A DNA stretch of 64,000 nt from a candidate division WOR-3 bacterium (GCA_039804105.1 JBDRZU010000001.1:128001-192000), one strand, 5' to 3'; numbered from the stretch's first letter, positions 1 to 9,506 are shown. Program-made: numbers and translations. The notes: generated by a model from the sequence alone, not told the origin.

Positions 1-327
1 ATTGAACTTCCTAAAGAAGCATATGAAGAGATAAAAAGTATGAGTGAAGTTTTACAAAAAATGATGAAGGAAGCGTATTATGCTATAGAGGATCTTTCTC
101 TTGAAAGGGTCAATGAAATTTTTGTTCTTGAAGAGAAATTGAACGATTTTGAAAAAAGGTATAACAGAACACATCTTTTAAGAGTTTCAAACAAATCATG
201 TTCAAGTGATTCAGCAGCAATTTTTACAGACATTTTAACTTCATACGAAAGATGTGGAGATCATATAACAAATATAGCTGAAGCGATAAAAAATAAATTT
301 CAATGGAGTAAAAATGATAAAGTTTAA
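1..327 (+). CDS. C-terminal PhoU-like domain of a Na+/Pi cotransporter (5' partial)
   Basis: Frame is open from base 1. PhoU-like helical repeat ending in HLLRVSNKSC...FTDILTSYERCGDHITNIAE. Confidence 0.75.
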   Translation: MELPKEAYEEIKSMSEVLQKMMKEAYYAIEDLSLERVNEIFVLEEKLNDFEKRYNRTHLLRVSNKSCSSDSAAIFTDILTSYERCGDHITNIAEAIKNKFQWSKNDKV

Positions 328-1411
328 AAAACAACTTCAAAATATTCAAAATTATATCCCTGGTAAACCTATAGAAGAGGTCAAACGAGAACTTAACCTG
401 AAAGGAGAAATTTATAAACTGGCTTCAAACGAAAACCCTTTGGGAATTTCTCCAAAAGCGTTAAAAGTTGTAAAAGAATCTTTAAAAGATTTGAATTTTT
501 ATCCTGATGACAACAATTTCTATTTGAAAAAAAGATTATCTGAAAAAATTGGTGTTAGTCAGGATATGATCGTTTTAGGAAATGGCTCGGTTGAAATAAT
601 AAACAATCTTGTATTCGCTTTTACCGAAAAAAATGATAAAGTTTTGCGTCCAACACCTTCATTCATTATGTTTAAGATTTCAGGAATTTTAAATGGATGT
701 AAGGTCTTTGATGTTCAACATAAAGATTTTAGAACTGATATATCTTCAATCGTAAGTATGTTAAAAAGATCAAAATTTAAAATTCTTTACCTTGACAATC
801 CAAACAATCCACTTGGAAGTATGATTTTTGAGGATGAACTTAAATATTTGCTGAAAAATGTTCCCTCTGATACATTGGTTTTACTCGATGAAGCATACAA
901 CGATTATCTTGATGATAATGTGAGAATAGATTCAACAAAATTTTTAAAAAAGTATAAAAACCTTGTTATATTGAGAACATTTTCAAAAATTTATGGACTC
1001 GCAGGGTTAAGGGTTGGATATGGCATTTCAAACAATGAAATAATCTCTATACTTCAAAAGGTTAGATTACCTTTCAATGTTAACCTTCTTGCTCAAAGAG
1101 CAGCACTTGCTGCACTCGATGATGAAAAGCACCTAAGAAAAAGTAAAAAATTAAACGATGAAGGATTAAAGTTTTTAACTGAAAAATTGAGGGAAATGGG
1201 TTTTTATGTTATTGATAGTTACACGAATTTTATAACTTTTGACTGCAAGTGTAATGGAAAAACTATTTTTGAAAAATTGCAAAAAAAGGGAGTTATTGTA
1301 AGACCAATAGATAATTATGGACTTGACACATTTTTAAGAGTAACAACTTCAACTGAAAAGGGAAATAGAATCTTTGTTCAAAAATTAAAGGAGGTTTTAA
1401 ATGAAATTTAA
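314..1411 (+). CDS. hisC: Histidinol-phosphate/aromatic aminotransferase
   Basis: YIPGKP, KLASNENP, NPNNPLG, DEAY and the PLP-lysine motif RTFSKIYGLAGLRVGY. Confidence 0.92.
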   Translation: MIKFKKQLQNIQNYIPGKPIEEVKRELNLKGEIYKLASNENPLGISPKALKVVKESLKDLNFYPDDNNFYLKKRLSEKIGVSQDMIVLGNGSVEIINNLVFAFTEKNDKVLRPTPSFIMFKISGILNGCKVFDVQHKDFRTDISSIVSMLKRSKFKILYLDNPNNPLGSMIFEDELKYLLKNVPSDTLVLLDEAYNDYLDDNVRIDSTKFLKKYKNLVILRTFSKIYGLAGLRVGYGISNNEIISILQKVRLPFNVNLLAQRAALAALDDEKHLRKSKKLNDEGLKFLTEKLREMGFYVIDSYTNFITFDCKCNGKTIFEKLQKKGVIVRPIDNYGLDTFLRVTTSTEKGNRIFVQKLKEVLNEI

Positions 1412-2294
1412 CGATATCGTAATAAAAGCGAAAGAGAGTAAAAAGGTTTTATCGGTTGCCTGTGCTGATGATGAAACAGTTATCAAGGCATGTTATGATG
1501 CATACAAAGAGAATCTTTGTATCCCAATTTTTGTTGGAGATAAAGAAAAGATCAATGAGATAATAGAGAAAAACAATCTTGAAAGAAACCTATTTGAGAT
1601 CGTTGATGAAAAGGACAGAGTTTTAGCATGTGAAAAGGCTGTTAAACTTGTAAGAGATGATAGGGCTGATTTTTTGATGAAAGGTTTTGTTGATACATCC
1701 GTTCTTGGAAAGGCGGTTTTGAACAAGGAGTGGGGGTTGAGAACAGGTAATGTTCTTTCTCATGTTTCTCTTTTCGAAATCGATAGATATCATAAACCTT
1801 TCATATTAACTGATAGTGGGTTTATTATAAAACCTGATCTTACGATGAAAGTTAATATAATAAACAACGCTGTTATGGTTATGAAAAAATTTGGTATTCA
1901 AAATCCAAAAGTTTCAATCCTTGCCGCTATCGAAAAAGTTAATCCTGATATGCCAGAAACTGTTGATGCAGATAATCTGAGAAAGATGAATAGGGAAGGG
2001 CAGATAAAAGATTGCATAGTTGATGGTCCTTTGTCCTTTGATGTAACTGTTTCAAAAGAATCAGCAAAACATAAGAAAGTTACAAGTGATGTCGCAGGTG
2101 ATGCTGATATAATGGTAGTTCCAGATATCGCTTGTGGAAACATTATGGCAAAAACACTTATTTACTGGACAGATTGTAAATTTGCAGGTGCTATAGTTGG
2201 AGCAAAAGCCCCTATCGTTCTTATTTCGCGATCCGATAATGAAAAAAATAAAATGATGTCAATCGCTTTTGCTGCTGCTATTGGAAAGTTTTAA
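1401..2294 (+). CDS. ptb: Phosphate butyryltransferase
   Basis: LMKGFVDT, LRTGNVLSH, DGPLSFD, GDADIMVVPDIACGN and PIVLISRSD motifs. Confidence 0.88.
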   Translation: MKFNDIVIKAKESKKVLSVACADDETVIKACYDAYKENLCIPIFVGDKEKINEIIEKNNLERNLFEIVDEKDRVLACEKAVKLVRDDRADFLMKGFVDTSVLGKAVLNKEWGLRTGNVLSHVSLFEIDRYHKPFILTDSGFIIKPDLTMKVNIINNAVMVMKKFGIQNPKVSILAAIEKVNPDMPETVDADNLRKMNREGQIKDCIVDGPLSFDVTVSKESAKHKKVTSDVAGDADIMVVPDIACGNIMAKTLIYWTDCKFAGAIVGAKAPIVLISRSDNEKNKMMSIAFAAAIGKF

Positions 2295-3164
2295 TAGATT
2301 TTGTTCTGAAAGGTATGGTGGGAAATAGTTTTCTTTTAGGTTTTCGTTAAGTTTGTTATAAATTTTTTCATCGTGTACCAATTTCGAATGGATAATTTTT
2401 GTTGAATAGGTTGAAAATTGACTTTTGAAAAATGATAGAGAATCATTTTCTTTAAATCCACCACCGAGACCTATATATTTTATATTTCTTTCAAAACAAA
2501 ATCTATAAAATTCATAGATCAAAAATATATTTGCATTATTTTTTTTACCCTTTTCGGTAGAAAAGTTGGCGACATAGTAAGATGTATCATCCGAGTAAAA
2601 AAATAAACTTGAAGCGACTTCTTCATCGTTAAAGAATGCTGAAAATTTAATGCTGAAAGGTGCAATGAGTAATTTTTTTAAACTTTCTTCATCATAGAAA
2701 AATTCATTTTTATATTTTAAAGTACCTTTAATAATCCCAATATCTTTATCATTTTTTACTGTTTTTACTGTAATTTTTTCTTTCGCTTTTTTTATAGAAT
2801 ACCTTGTTCTTGATGGTAAGTTCTCAAGATATAAAGAAGGATTTTTATCAGTTTCTATTACAAAAAATCTTGATGATTCATTTTTTTGATCAAGTTTAAG
2901 TATATTGTTTAAGAATGGATTATATCTTATGAATTCACATACGATTTGATTTTTTTTTATAAAATTCTTCAATTCAGTATAAAATTCTTTGAGTTCATTA
3001 TCTGAATAATTTTTTTTGATCAGAATCCCTTGATAACCAAGAGAAGAAATAGATTTATAACCATTGAAATTTACGATTAAAAATGGATAGAGAAAAGCAT
3101 CCGTCTCAATTTTCGAAAGTTTGAAAAATTCTATAAATTCATCGGTGAAAAAGATATCTTTCAT
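2259..3164 (-). CDS. FemAB/CelD-like GNAT-superfamily acyl- or aminoacyltransferase
   Basis: EFIRYNPFL and C-terminal LGGG...DSLSFFKSQFS...YFPPY, as in FemAB-like GNATs of polysaccharide loci. Confidence 0.6.
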   Translation of the reverse strand: MKDIFFTDEFIEFFKLSKIETDAFLYPFLIVNFNGYKSISSLGYQGILIKKNYSDNELKEFYTELKNFIKKNQIVCEFIRYNPFLNNILKLDQKNESSRFFVIETDKNPSLYLENLPSRTRYSIKKAKEKITVKTVKNDKDIGIIKGTLKYKNEFFYDEESLKKLLIAPFSIKFSAFFNDEEVASSLFFYSDDTSYYVANFSTEKGKKNNANIFLIYEFYRFCFERNIKYIGLGGGFKENDSLSFFKSQFSTYSTKIIHSKLVHDEKIYNKLNENLKENYFPPYLSEQNLLKLSNSSSKSD

Positions 3165-3952
3165 TTAACTTCAACTATTTTGCCAAGGAGTTTATCTTTG
3201 TTGACCAATAAAAATGCCCTTTTATCTTTATCATACAAAAATTTTAATACAAATTTTTTTTGATATTTTTCCCCCAAATATTCATCTGATGAAATTTTGT
3301 AAACTCTATACCCAAAGAGTATATTTTTGTTAGAAGAGAAGACATAGTAAAATCCATCATCCTCAGAAAAATTTTTTTTACTCTTTTCGAATTCGGTTGA
3401 GTCATCTTTTTCTAAATGTTGTTCAACATATTCTGTAAATTCGTTTAACAAGTTTTTATCAACAGTTTTTCCATCCCATTCATTTAAAACTTTTCTTGAA
3501 AATGCATATCTTTCCTTTTGTATAACAATTGAATCGTATTTGATCTTTTCTATCAGAAGATTTTTTACGACGAAAGGTTTTTTAAAATATTCAAAAATTT
3601 CTTCATCTTTAAAACCTTTTTCAATTTTTTCAAAATCGATTTTTAAATCATTCTTATGCATGTTAAAATAAAAATCTATACTTTTGTCAGAAACATCTAT
3701 ACCTTCCTCTTTTGCAATTTTGAAGAAAATATGATTTTTAACTATCTCGTCAACTATGTTACAATCAAGAACATAGTCGAGTGAGTTGATTATTTTATAA
3801 AACTCTTTGTATCTTAAAAAATACTCATAAGAAATCTTTTTATCATCTATTGAAAAGATTGTTTTACTCTGATATTTTGAATAAGTTAAGTATGTTGTAA
3901 TAAGAAAGAATAACATTATTAAAAATAGAATATTAAATTTTTTGTTTTTCAT
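3161..3952 (-). CDS. Membrane-anchored protein with a SurA/PrsA N-terminal-like chaperone domain
   Basis: N-terminal TM helix, then IDDKKIS...IAKEEGIDVSDKSID resembling SurA_N. No clear PPIase domain. Confidence 0.45.
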   Translation of the reverse strand: MKNKKFNILFLIMLFFLITTYLTYSKYQSKTIFSIDDKKISYEYFLRYKEFYKIINSLDYVLDCNIVDEIVKNHIFFKIAKEEGIDVSDKSIDFYFNMHKNDLKIDFEKIEKGFKDEEIFEYFKKPFVVKNLLIEKIKYDSIVIQKERYAFSRKVLNEWDGKTVDKNLLNEFTEYVEQHLEKDDSTEFEKSKKNFSEDDGFYYVFSSNKNILFGYRVYKISSDEYLGEKYQKKFVLKFLYDKDKRAFLLVNKDKLLGKIVEVK

Positions 3953-4470
3953 AAAATCGTTATATTCTGTTTTATTACTTCATTTAAAAATAAAAGGTAG
4001 GAAGGATGAACATTATTTTTGTATCTCTCAGAATGATGTGGAACAAAACCTTCCTTATTGTATTTTATCAAGAGATTTTTTATTATGTCTATATTATAAT
4101 TCTCTATTTGTGATAAAATTAAATTTATAATGTTTTCATCTATTGGGAGTATATATTCATCTGAATAAAAATCGAAATTTTGTAAAAAAAGTTCAGCCAG
4201 AAGTTTTGCAGATTTATATTTTCTTAGGAATGGAGTTATATGGACACGGGTGCATCTCTCTGAAATCTGCTGAAAAATTTCATTTGTTCTTATCATCTGA
4301 TGGTTTGCAAGGTATTCGTTTTTTATCTTTTCACCTATATATTTTAAATCAGGCCTTTCCTTTAAAATATGGAAAGGCCCTGAATGTGCCTGTATGATAA
4401 ATTTTGCTATGTCAACCTCTTCTACAAATTCACCGTAAAGGTTAAGTTCATCCTGTAAATAGTTATGCAT
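3949..4470 (-). CDS. Conserved hypothetical protein (D-x-x-K...Q...GPxH and P-x-HHSE-x-Y family)
   Basis: DIAKFIIQAHSGPFH and VPHHSERYKNNVHPSY motifs. ATG at 4470 overlaps the upstream TGA (TGATG). Confidence 0.6.
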   Translation of the reverse strand: MHNYLQDELNLYGEFVEEVDIAKFIIQAHSGPFHILKERPDLKYIGEKIKNEYLANHQMIRTNEIFQQISERCTRVHITPFLRKYKSAKLLAELFLQNFDFYSDEYILPIDENIINLILSQIENYNIDIIKNLLIKYNKEGFVPHHSERYKNNVHPSYLLFLNEVIKQNITIL

Positions 4471-5963
4471 CAATAAACCTCTTTCCACCCGATAAGTTTA
4501 TAGAATCTTAAGTCCTGTTCAACTGTTTGTGACAAGGCATCTTTCGAATACATGAAAAACATTCTTTTGTTACCTGATGTGTGTATATCATCGATGTAAC
4601 CTTTGACCATCATAGCACCCAAAACCCAGAAGTCGTAGTTACCACCAGGGATTGAATTTTCAAGTAAATTTTCTTGAATGTATAAGAGTCCTTTATGTTG
4701 AAAACTTCTTGAACCTGCTCTTAATCTTACACTTCCATTGACCCATATTATTCCAACTGTTTGAGAGTTGATCGTTGGGATTTCTATTACTGAACCTGGC
4801 CCTGCACCCAATTTGAAATATCTTATATTAACAGGATCATTTACAAGAGATGTTTCCCAGTTTATCGCTTCATTCATTTCTGCTTCAGAAGAGTATCCTA
4901 ACACCTCGTAAAGTTCAGGTATAACAAGATCATATTTGATTATTATATCTGGGTTTCCAAAAATGTGTGATTTTGTTGCTCCATAGTTGCCAACACTTGA
5001 AGATGTTGTTGCAATACCAGCAAGACAACCAGCTCTTGTGCAGTATGGATCATATTCGAGACGGTTTATGTTCCATGTGTGTTTATAGTAGTTATAAAAA
5101 TAATGGTTCTTCCCAGGATGTGAATCAACAGAATCTATCTCAACATGGTAAAGCGGTTTTCCTGTTGCATATGAACCGGTTCCTGACTGAACTGCCCAGC
5201 ATGAAACAGCAGGTGTTGATGAACCTGGTTGAAGTGGTGCAGAAGTTGTTGGGTCAAAAGGACAAACATTAAATGGAGTTGAAAGAAGATGGTTGTGTCC
5301 ACAAACATAAACATCAGTATTACCTGTCATCTGCCAGGCAATAGTTGATGAAGATAATGCTGATTGAACTTTTATGTTAACTTCCTGTTTTGAAATCTCA
5401 GCAAGAATCTTTTTTACCGCTTTACCAGACCTTGCTGTTATTTCAACCAATTCAACTGGTGGGTATTCGACAACAAGTGATGGTGGCCCCAAGAATTGTT
5501 TTTCAGTTTTTGAATCATAATAATAGATTTGAGTTTTATCCTCATTTGTTTTGTGTCTTATTGTTAAAGAAACACCTTCCTCATACTCTTTTGTTGTATA
5601 GTCCATCTCAGGGTTGTCTGGATCAAAATTATCGAGTTCTGTTTGAAGTGAAGTTTTGTAAAAAATTCCAGTAGTTGAATCATCCCGATCTGAATGATCC
5701 TCAAAAAGTATCACTGTTGTCCAGTTTGGATTCAAAGGAACAGAAGTATCTCCGATAAATGCTGGATCTGAAGGCGGAAGATTCATCCTGTGTTTTATTT
5801 CATCAAGTGCTGATTCAGCAACAGATATGACTTGAACTGAGTGCGCTTGATAGATAGAAATTGCTGTTTCATTTTTTATTGTGAAAAACATTCCTGCTGC
5901 AAGGAGTGATAACATCAAAAGGATCATTATGGTTGTAACGAGTGCAATTCCTTTCTTTTCCAT
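4470..5963 (-). CDS. PilX-like minor pilin with a large C-terminal domain
   Basis: KKG|IALVTTIMILL leader lacking Glu5, which is typical of PilX. AESAL motif, terminal GWKE, and position after the PilW-like gene. Confidence 0.75.
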   Translation of the reverse strand: MEKKGIALVTTIMILLMLSLLAAGMFFTIKNETAISIYQAHSVQVISVAESALDEIKHRMNLPPSDPAFIGDTSVPLNPNWTTVILFEDHSDRDDSTTGIFYKTSLQTELDNFDPDNPEMDYTTKEYEEGVSLTIRHKTNEDKTQIYYYDSKTEKQFLGPPSLVVEYPPVELVEITARSGKAVKKILAEISKQEVNIKVQSALSSSTIAWQMTGNTDVYVCGHNHLLSTPFNVCPFDPTTSAPLQPGSSTPAVSCWAVQSGTGSYATGKPLYHVEIDSVDSHPGKNHYFYNYYKHTWNINRLEYDPYCTRAGCLAGIATTSSSVGNYGATKSHIFGNPDIIIKYDLVIPELYEVLGYSSEAEMNEAINWETSLVNDPVNIRYFKLGAGPGSVIEIPTINSQTVGIIWVNGSVRLRAGSRSFQHKGLLYIQENLLENSIPGGNYDFWVLGAMMVKGYIDDIHTSGNKRMFFMYSKDALSQTVEQDLRFYKLIGWKEVY

Positions 5964-5974
5964 ACAAAACTCCT

Positions 5975-8554
5975 TTAATTTTTAGGTGGAAGTGAAAGTT
6001 TGGTTCCCCTTGTCTCACCAAAAGTCATCCAGATTTTTGGTGAAATACTTCCAGAAGGTCCACCTGTATTTGAGAAATTACCTGAATAGTAAACTTTTAA
6101 ATACAATCTATCCGCCCTTGTCATAGAGAAACCATGATTTATATAGATATCCATCGATGATTCATCCTCATCGTTCATAATTGAACCTGTTCTTTTTATT
6201 GAATCATAAGTCGCAGCGTTTAGAGTTGAGAATAGCAAAACTCTTGAAGTTTTTGATCCAAATGAATCGGTCTTATAAACTTCTATATCAAAATATTTTG
6301 GTTTTGTTTCAACATCAGGATCGGTAGTCATTCCATAACCGACAAATCTCCAGATACCAGGATATATCGTATCAGCATAAGGTATCCCTTTTTTAGTGAT
6401 CCATTCTGCTTTCATTCCTATTTGTGTGACAAAAGGTTTATGTATTAAAACATTGAAGATTTCAATTGAATCACCAGCAATACCCATTACCCTTGAGTTT
6501 ACGGTATTCATATATCTTGGAAGAGGGAATTGCCCGGATGTTCCAACACCAGAATAGTAAGTTCCGCCGAAAGCGTAAAGGTATAAAGTATCATCATATA
6601 ATGAATCAACATATTCATTTGTTAAGAAAAGATATGTATAACCTGCCTGGTTGACTATCATAAAATAGTTATCAGACATATCATAAACAGACCAGTTTCC
6701 TTCATCTATACATATTACTTTTACAAGACATATCTGACTTCCCTGAACGGAATCAGGTATATTCCAATAGTATGTATATAATGTATCACCTGATGATGGT
6801 GTTGGATAGGATTGTTCATCAATATATCTCCAATTGTCTCCACCATCAACAGAATAGTAGTAAATCAGTTTTTTTATTACCTCTCCAGAATCGTTTGGTG
6901 TTGCATAAACTTTTATATCGTATGAAGACCCTGAATGCCATATTTCTCCACCGTTTGGAACTAAAACTCTTAAAGTTGGTCTTGTGCCTGTCGCTTTCAA
7001 CATTCCAAATGCAATATAACCTTCCTCTCCTTCATCAAGGTATCCTAAAACAGCAGAAGTTGAAAGTATTGAAAGAAGGGGTGTACCCTGTGTGAACCCA
7101 AGTTGGTCGTTAAGGTCAATATTACTTGGACCAAAACTATCATTTGGTGTTACCCAGATATACAACGATTCTCCAGCGTTAACATCGAGATGGAATATAC
7201 CAACAGAATCAACCGGTGAGGAATACGATTTTGTACTGTTGTTCCACACAGCGACCTGTAAATCTGGAACACCTGGTTCTGAGTCCATTTGCCAGAAACC
7301 ATCAGCATTTAAATCTTCAAACACAATTCCTGAAACTTTTGCAGCAGGGGTCTCTTCCATTCCAAAGAATTTTTTGTACTCCTCTTCATTTGTAAAATCT
7401 CTTGACGAGTTTGTTATTGTAAAATCAAAATTTGATGGAGTTGTTGGCCTATAGAAAAGTTGTGGTGTTATTGAAGCAGTGTAAACTCCTGGAACAACAG
7501 CATAAACCCATAAACCATTTTCATCTGTAAGAGCGACTTCTCCTGTTGAAAGTTTTACTTTCATCCCCTCGATACCATCCTCTCCGGAATCGTATTCACC
7601 ATTTTTGTTTTCATCAATATAAACATGACCTTTTACAACGAAAACATCTATTGATGTGTTTCTTGTTATGTTAACATCTGTTTGAACGGAAGATGTTAAA
7701 TATTTTCCTCTGAAAGGTGTCTGTGATACTCCCGTTACTTTTACTGTAACTATTTGAATCTTATCAAGCATTTCATAATCGGTTATTGGTACTAATGCGT
7801 TTGCCTCATTTTGATTAATTTCTCCATCGTTATTTGCATCACCATAGAGTTTTAAAGGAGTTGTTGGATCTCCATCATCATCATACCAGTAATGGAAAAT
7901 TGGAGTTCCCGTTGTCTGTGCAGGATACCTATCAGGACCTGATACAATTGAGACAACCTGATGGTTTGACCAGTTGAAAGGTGAACCTGGTGGTAAAATA
8001 TATTCAATATTCAGTCCTGAATCGTAAAGTCCATAAACTCTTTTTACTAAACAATAATCATTTGGATTTTTTGTTAATGAGGCAGGGGAGTTATCTCTAT
8101 CATCCTGGTTTATTATACCATCATTATTCCAATCGAGTGTATAAACAACAGTTTCAGCACCTGTTTGATAATGGACTGGAGGATAATAGTGTGCTGGTCT
8201 TTCATCAAGAGATGATGTAACCTTCATAGCTCTCGGTTCCTGTGGATTCTCAGGAGTGTCTTGATATGGTAAAAGGTTTGCGTTGAAAATCAGTTCATAA
8301 GGTGAAGCGTAGACCAATCTTCTTTGTGGTGATGTTGAAGTTTCATCAACATCTATGCTATAACCTGCTGCTCTTATATCCCTTATCATGTAATCAACTG
8401 CGATTCTGGCTGACTGTTGCGCTTGAGTCATAAGATCAACTTTTTGCTTTGAATTCTGAGAGTTCACAAAAACCGTGATAGCAGCACCGACTATTATTGA
8501 AAAAATTGTGATTGCCAGAAGGAGTTCAAGTAAAGTGAAACCTTTCTTTTTCAT
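5975..8554 (-). CDS. Giant PilW-like minor pilin (859 aa) with SdrD-B-like and Ig-like domains
   Basis: KKG|FTLLELL prepilin motif and the PilW hallmark QQSARIAVDYMIRDIRAAGY. Two SdrD-B-like motifs (GHVYIDENKNGEYD, GIVFEDLNADG), PNGGE and an Asp-box (YSVDGGDNW). Confidence 0.8.
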   Translation of the reverse strand: MKKKGFTLLELLLAITIFSIIVGAAITVFVNSQNSKQKVDLMTQAQQSARIAVDYMIRDIRAAGYSIDVDETSTSPQRRLVYASPYELIFNANLLPYQDTPENPQEPRAMKVTSSLDERPAHYYPPVHYQTGAETVVYTLDWNNDGIINQDDRDNSPASLTKNPNDYCLVKRVYGLYDSGLNIEYILPPGSPFNWSNHQVVSIVSGPDRYPAQTTGTPIFHYWYDDDGDPTTPLKLYGDANNDGEINQNEANALVPITDYEMLDKIQIVTVKVTGVSQTPFRGKYLTSSVQTDVNITRNTSIDVFVVKGHVYIDENKNGEYDSGEDGIEGMKVKLSTGEVALTDENGLWVYAVVPGVYTASITPQLFYRPTTPSNFDFTITNSSRDFTNEEEYKKFFGMEETPAAKVSGIVFEDLNADGFWQMDSEPGVPDLQVAVWNNSTKSYSSPVDSVGIFHLDVNAGESLYIWVTPNDSFGPSNIDLNDQLGFTQGTPLLSILSTSAVLGYLDEGEEGYIAFGMLKATGTRPTLRVLVPNGGEIWHSGSSYDIKVYATPNDSGEVIKKLIYYYSVDGGDNWRYIDEQSYPTPSSGDTLYTYYWNIPDSVQGSQICLVKVICIDEGNWSVYDMSDNYFMIVNQAGYTYLFLTNEYVDSLYDDTLYLYAFGGTYYSGVGTSGQFPLPRYMNTVNSRVMGIAGDSIEIFNVLIHKPFVTQIGMKAEWITKKGIPYADTIYPGIWRFVGYGMTTDPDVETKPKYFDIEVYKTDSFGSKTSRVLLFSTLNAATYDSIKRTGSIMNDEDESSMDIYINHGFSMTRADRLYLKVYYSGNFSNTGGPSGSISPKIWMTFGETRGTKLSLPPKN

Positions 8555-8566
8555 AATATCTCCTTA

Positions 8567-8941
8567 CTATTTTGAAATATAAGTTTTCATCGTTTGGGAG
8601 TGGTTTAAACCGCCACTTCCACCAACCTGTTGCCAGGAGACTGTAACTTCAACAAATTTCATATTTGTTGCAGGATGGTTATCCGTAACAGTGTATGTTC
8701 TAACAAACTTTGAATCTATAGTATCTGGACCATGTGTTCCTTCTTCAAGTTCATCTGATGTGATAGGTAAAGTTCTTAAATATTCTATTGTGGCCTGGCA
8801 GATTTCAACTGCCTGGGTATTCTGCCTTGTGAGTAATGTTGATCTCATTGCGGCAGGGAAGAGTGCAGCAAGTCCAAGGATTCCGATTGCAAGTATTATT
8901 GAAGAAACTAAAAGTTCAAGAAGCGTAAAACCTTTTTTCAT
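8567..8941 (-). CDS. PilV-like minor pilin
   Basis: KKG|FTLLELLVSSIILAIGILG leader and C-terminal VEVTVSW. Confidence 0.8.
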   Translation of the reverse strand: MKKGFTLLELLVSSIILAIGILGLAALFPAAMRSTLLTRQNTQAVEICQATIEYLRTLPITSDELEEGTHGPDTIDSKFVRTYTVTDNHPATNMKFVEVTVSWQQVGGSGGLNHSQTMKTYISK

Positions 8942-8949
8942 CTTTCCTC

Positions 8950-9372
8950 CTATTCAGTGCCTTTTAAAATATATCCTGATGGGAAAATGTAAATCATACT
9001 CTGTCTTGAAGTTGCAGAATCGATAACCTGTATAGCATATACAGCATCAGTTTTTCCTCCTGGCATAAACTCTATAGGTGAGTCAAACGAAAAGTCCTGT
9101 TCATTTATAAAATCGTATGTAAAAACTCTTGATGGAAATCTGTAAACATTATTTCCATATTTGAACGAATCTTTTGCAAGATAAAATGTTGTTATAATAT
9201 TTTTTGTTGCTGCTTCCTGTCTTGCCATGTTCAACTGGTCAATAATGTTGTTAACTGTACTGTTAAACTTTGCTTGTCTTGAATTGAATCGAGGTACTGC
9301 AAAACCAAGAATCATACCTATTATAACTATCACAACAAGTGTTTCTATCATTGTAAAACCTTTTCTTACCAT
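8950..9372 (-). CDS. FimT/FimU-like minor pilin
   Basis: RKG|FTMIETLVV...AVP leader, LNMARQEA and terminal IFPSGYI. Confidence 0.78.
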   Translation of the reverse strand: MVRKGFTMIETLVVIVIIGMILGFAVPRFNSRQAKFNSTVNNIIDQLNMARQEAATKNIITTFYLAKDSFKYGNNVYRFPSRVFTYDFINEQDFSFDSPIEFMPGGKTDAVYAIQVIDSATSRQSMIYIFPSGYILKGTE

Positions 9373-9399
9373 ACAAAACTCCTTTTTGAAAGGAAAAAA

Positions 9400-9415
9400 T
9401 GCAATTTTTATGCCA
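9400..9415 (-). promoter_or_regulatory. Sigma54 (RpoN) -24/-12 promoter of the minor-pilin operon
   Basis: Minus strand reads TGGCATAAAAATTGCA with exact GG-N10-GC spacing. It lies upstream of SD AAGGAG and the ATG at 9372. Confidence 0.75.
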
Positions 9416-9506
9416 GTTTTTTATTTTTTAAGTCATTATTTTATAGGGATTTATTTAGAGAATTTTATAAAAATTATAATATTTTTAGGAAATTATGAAC
9501 AAATTT

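Noticed and set aside
314..1411. Histidine biosynthesis operon
   Set aside because: hisC is alone here and may be a general aromatic aminotransferase.
9461..9474. Perfect palindrome AATTTTATAAAATT upstream of the sigma54 promoter
   Set aside because: It is A/T-only in a very AT-rich gap, so it is likely chance and cannot be called an enhancer.
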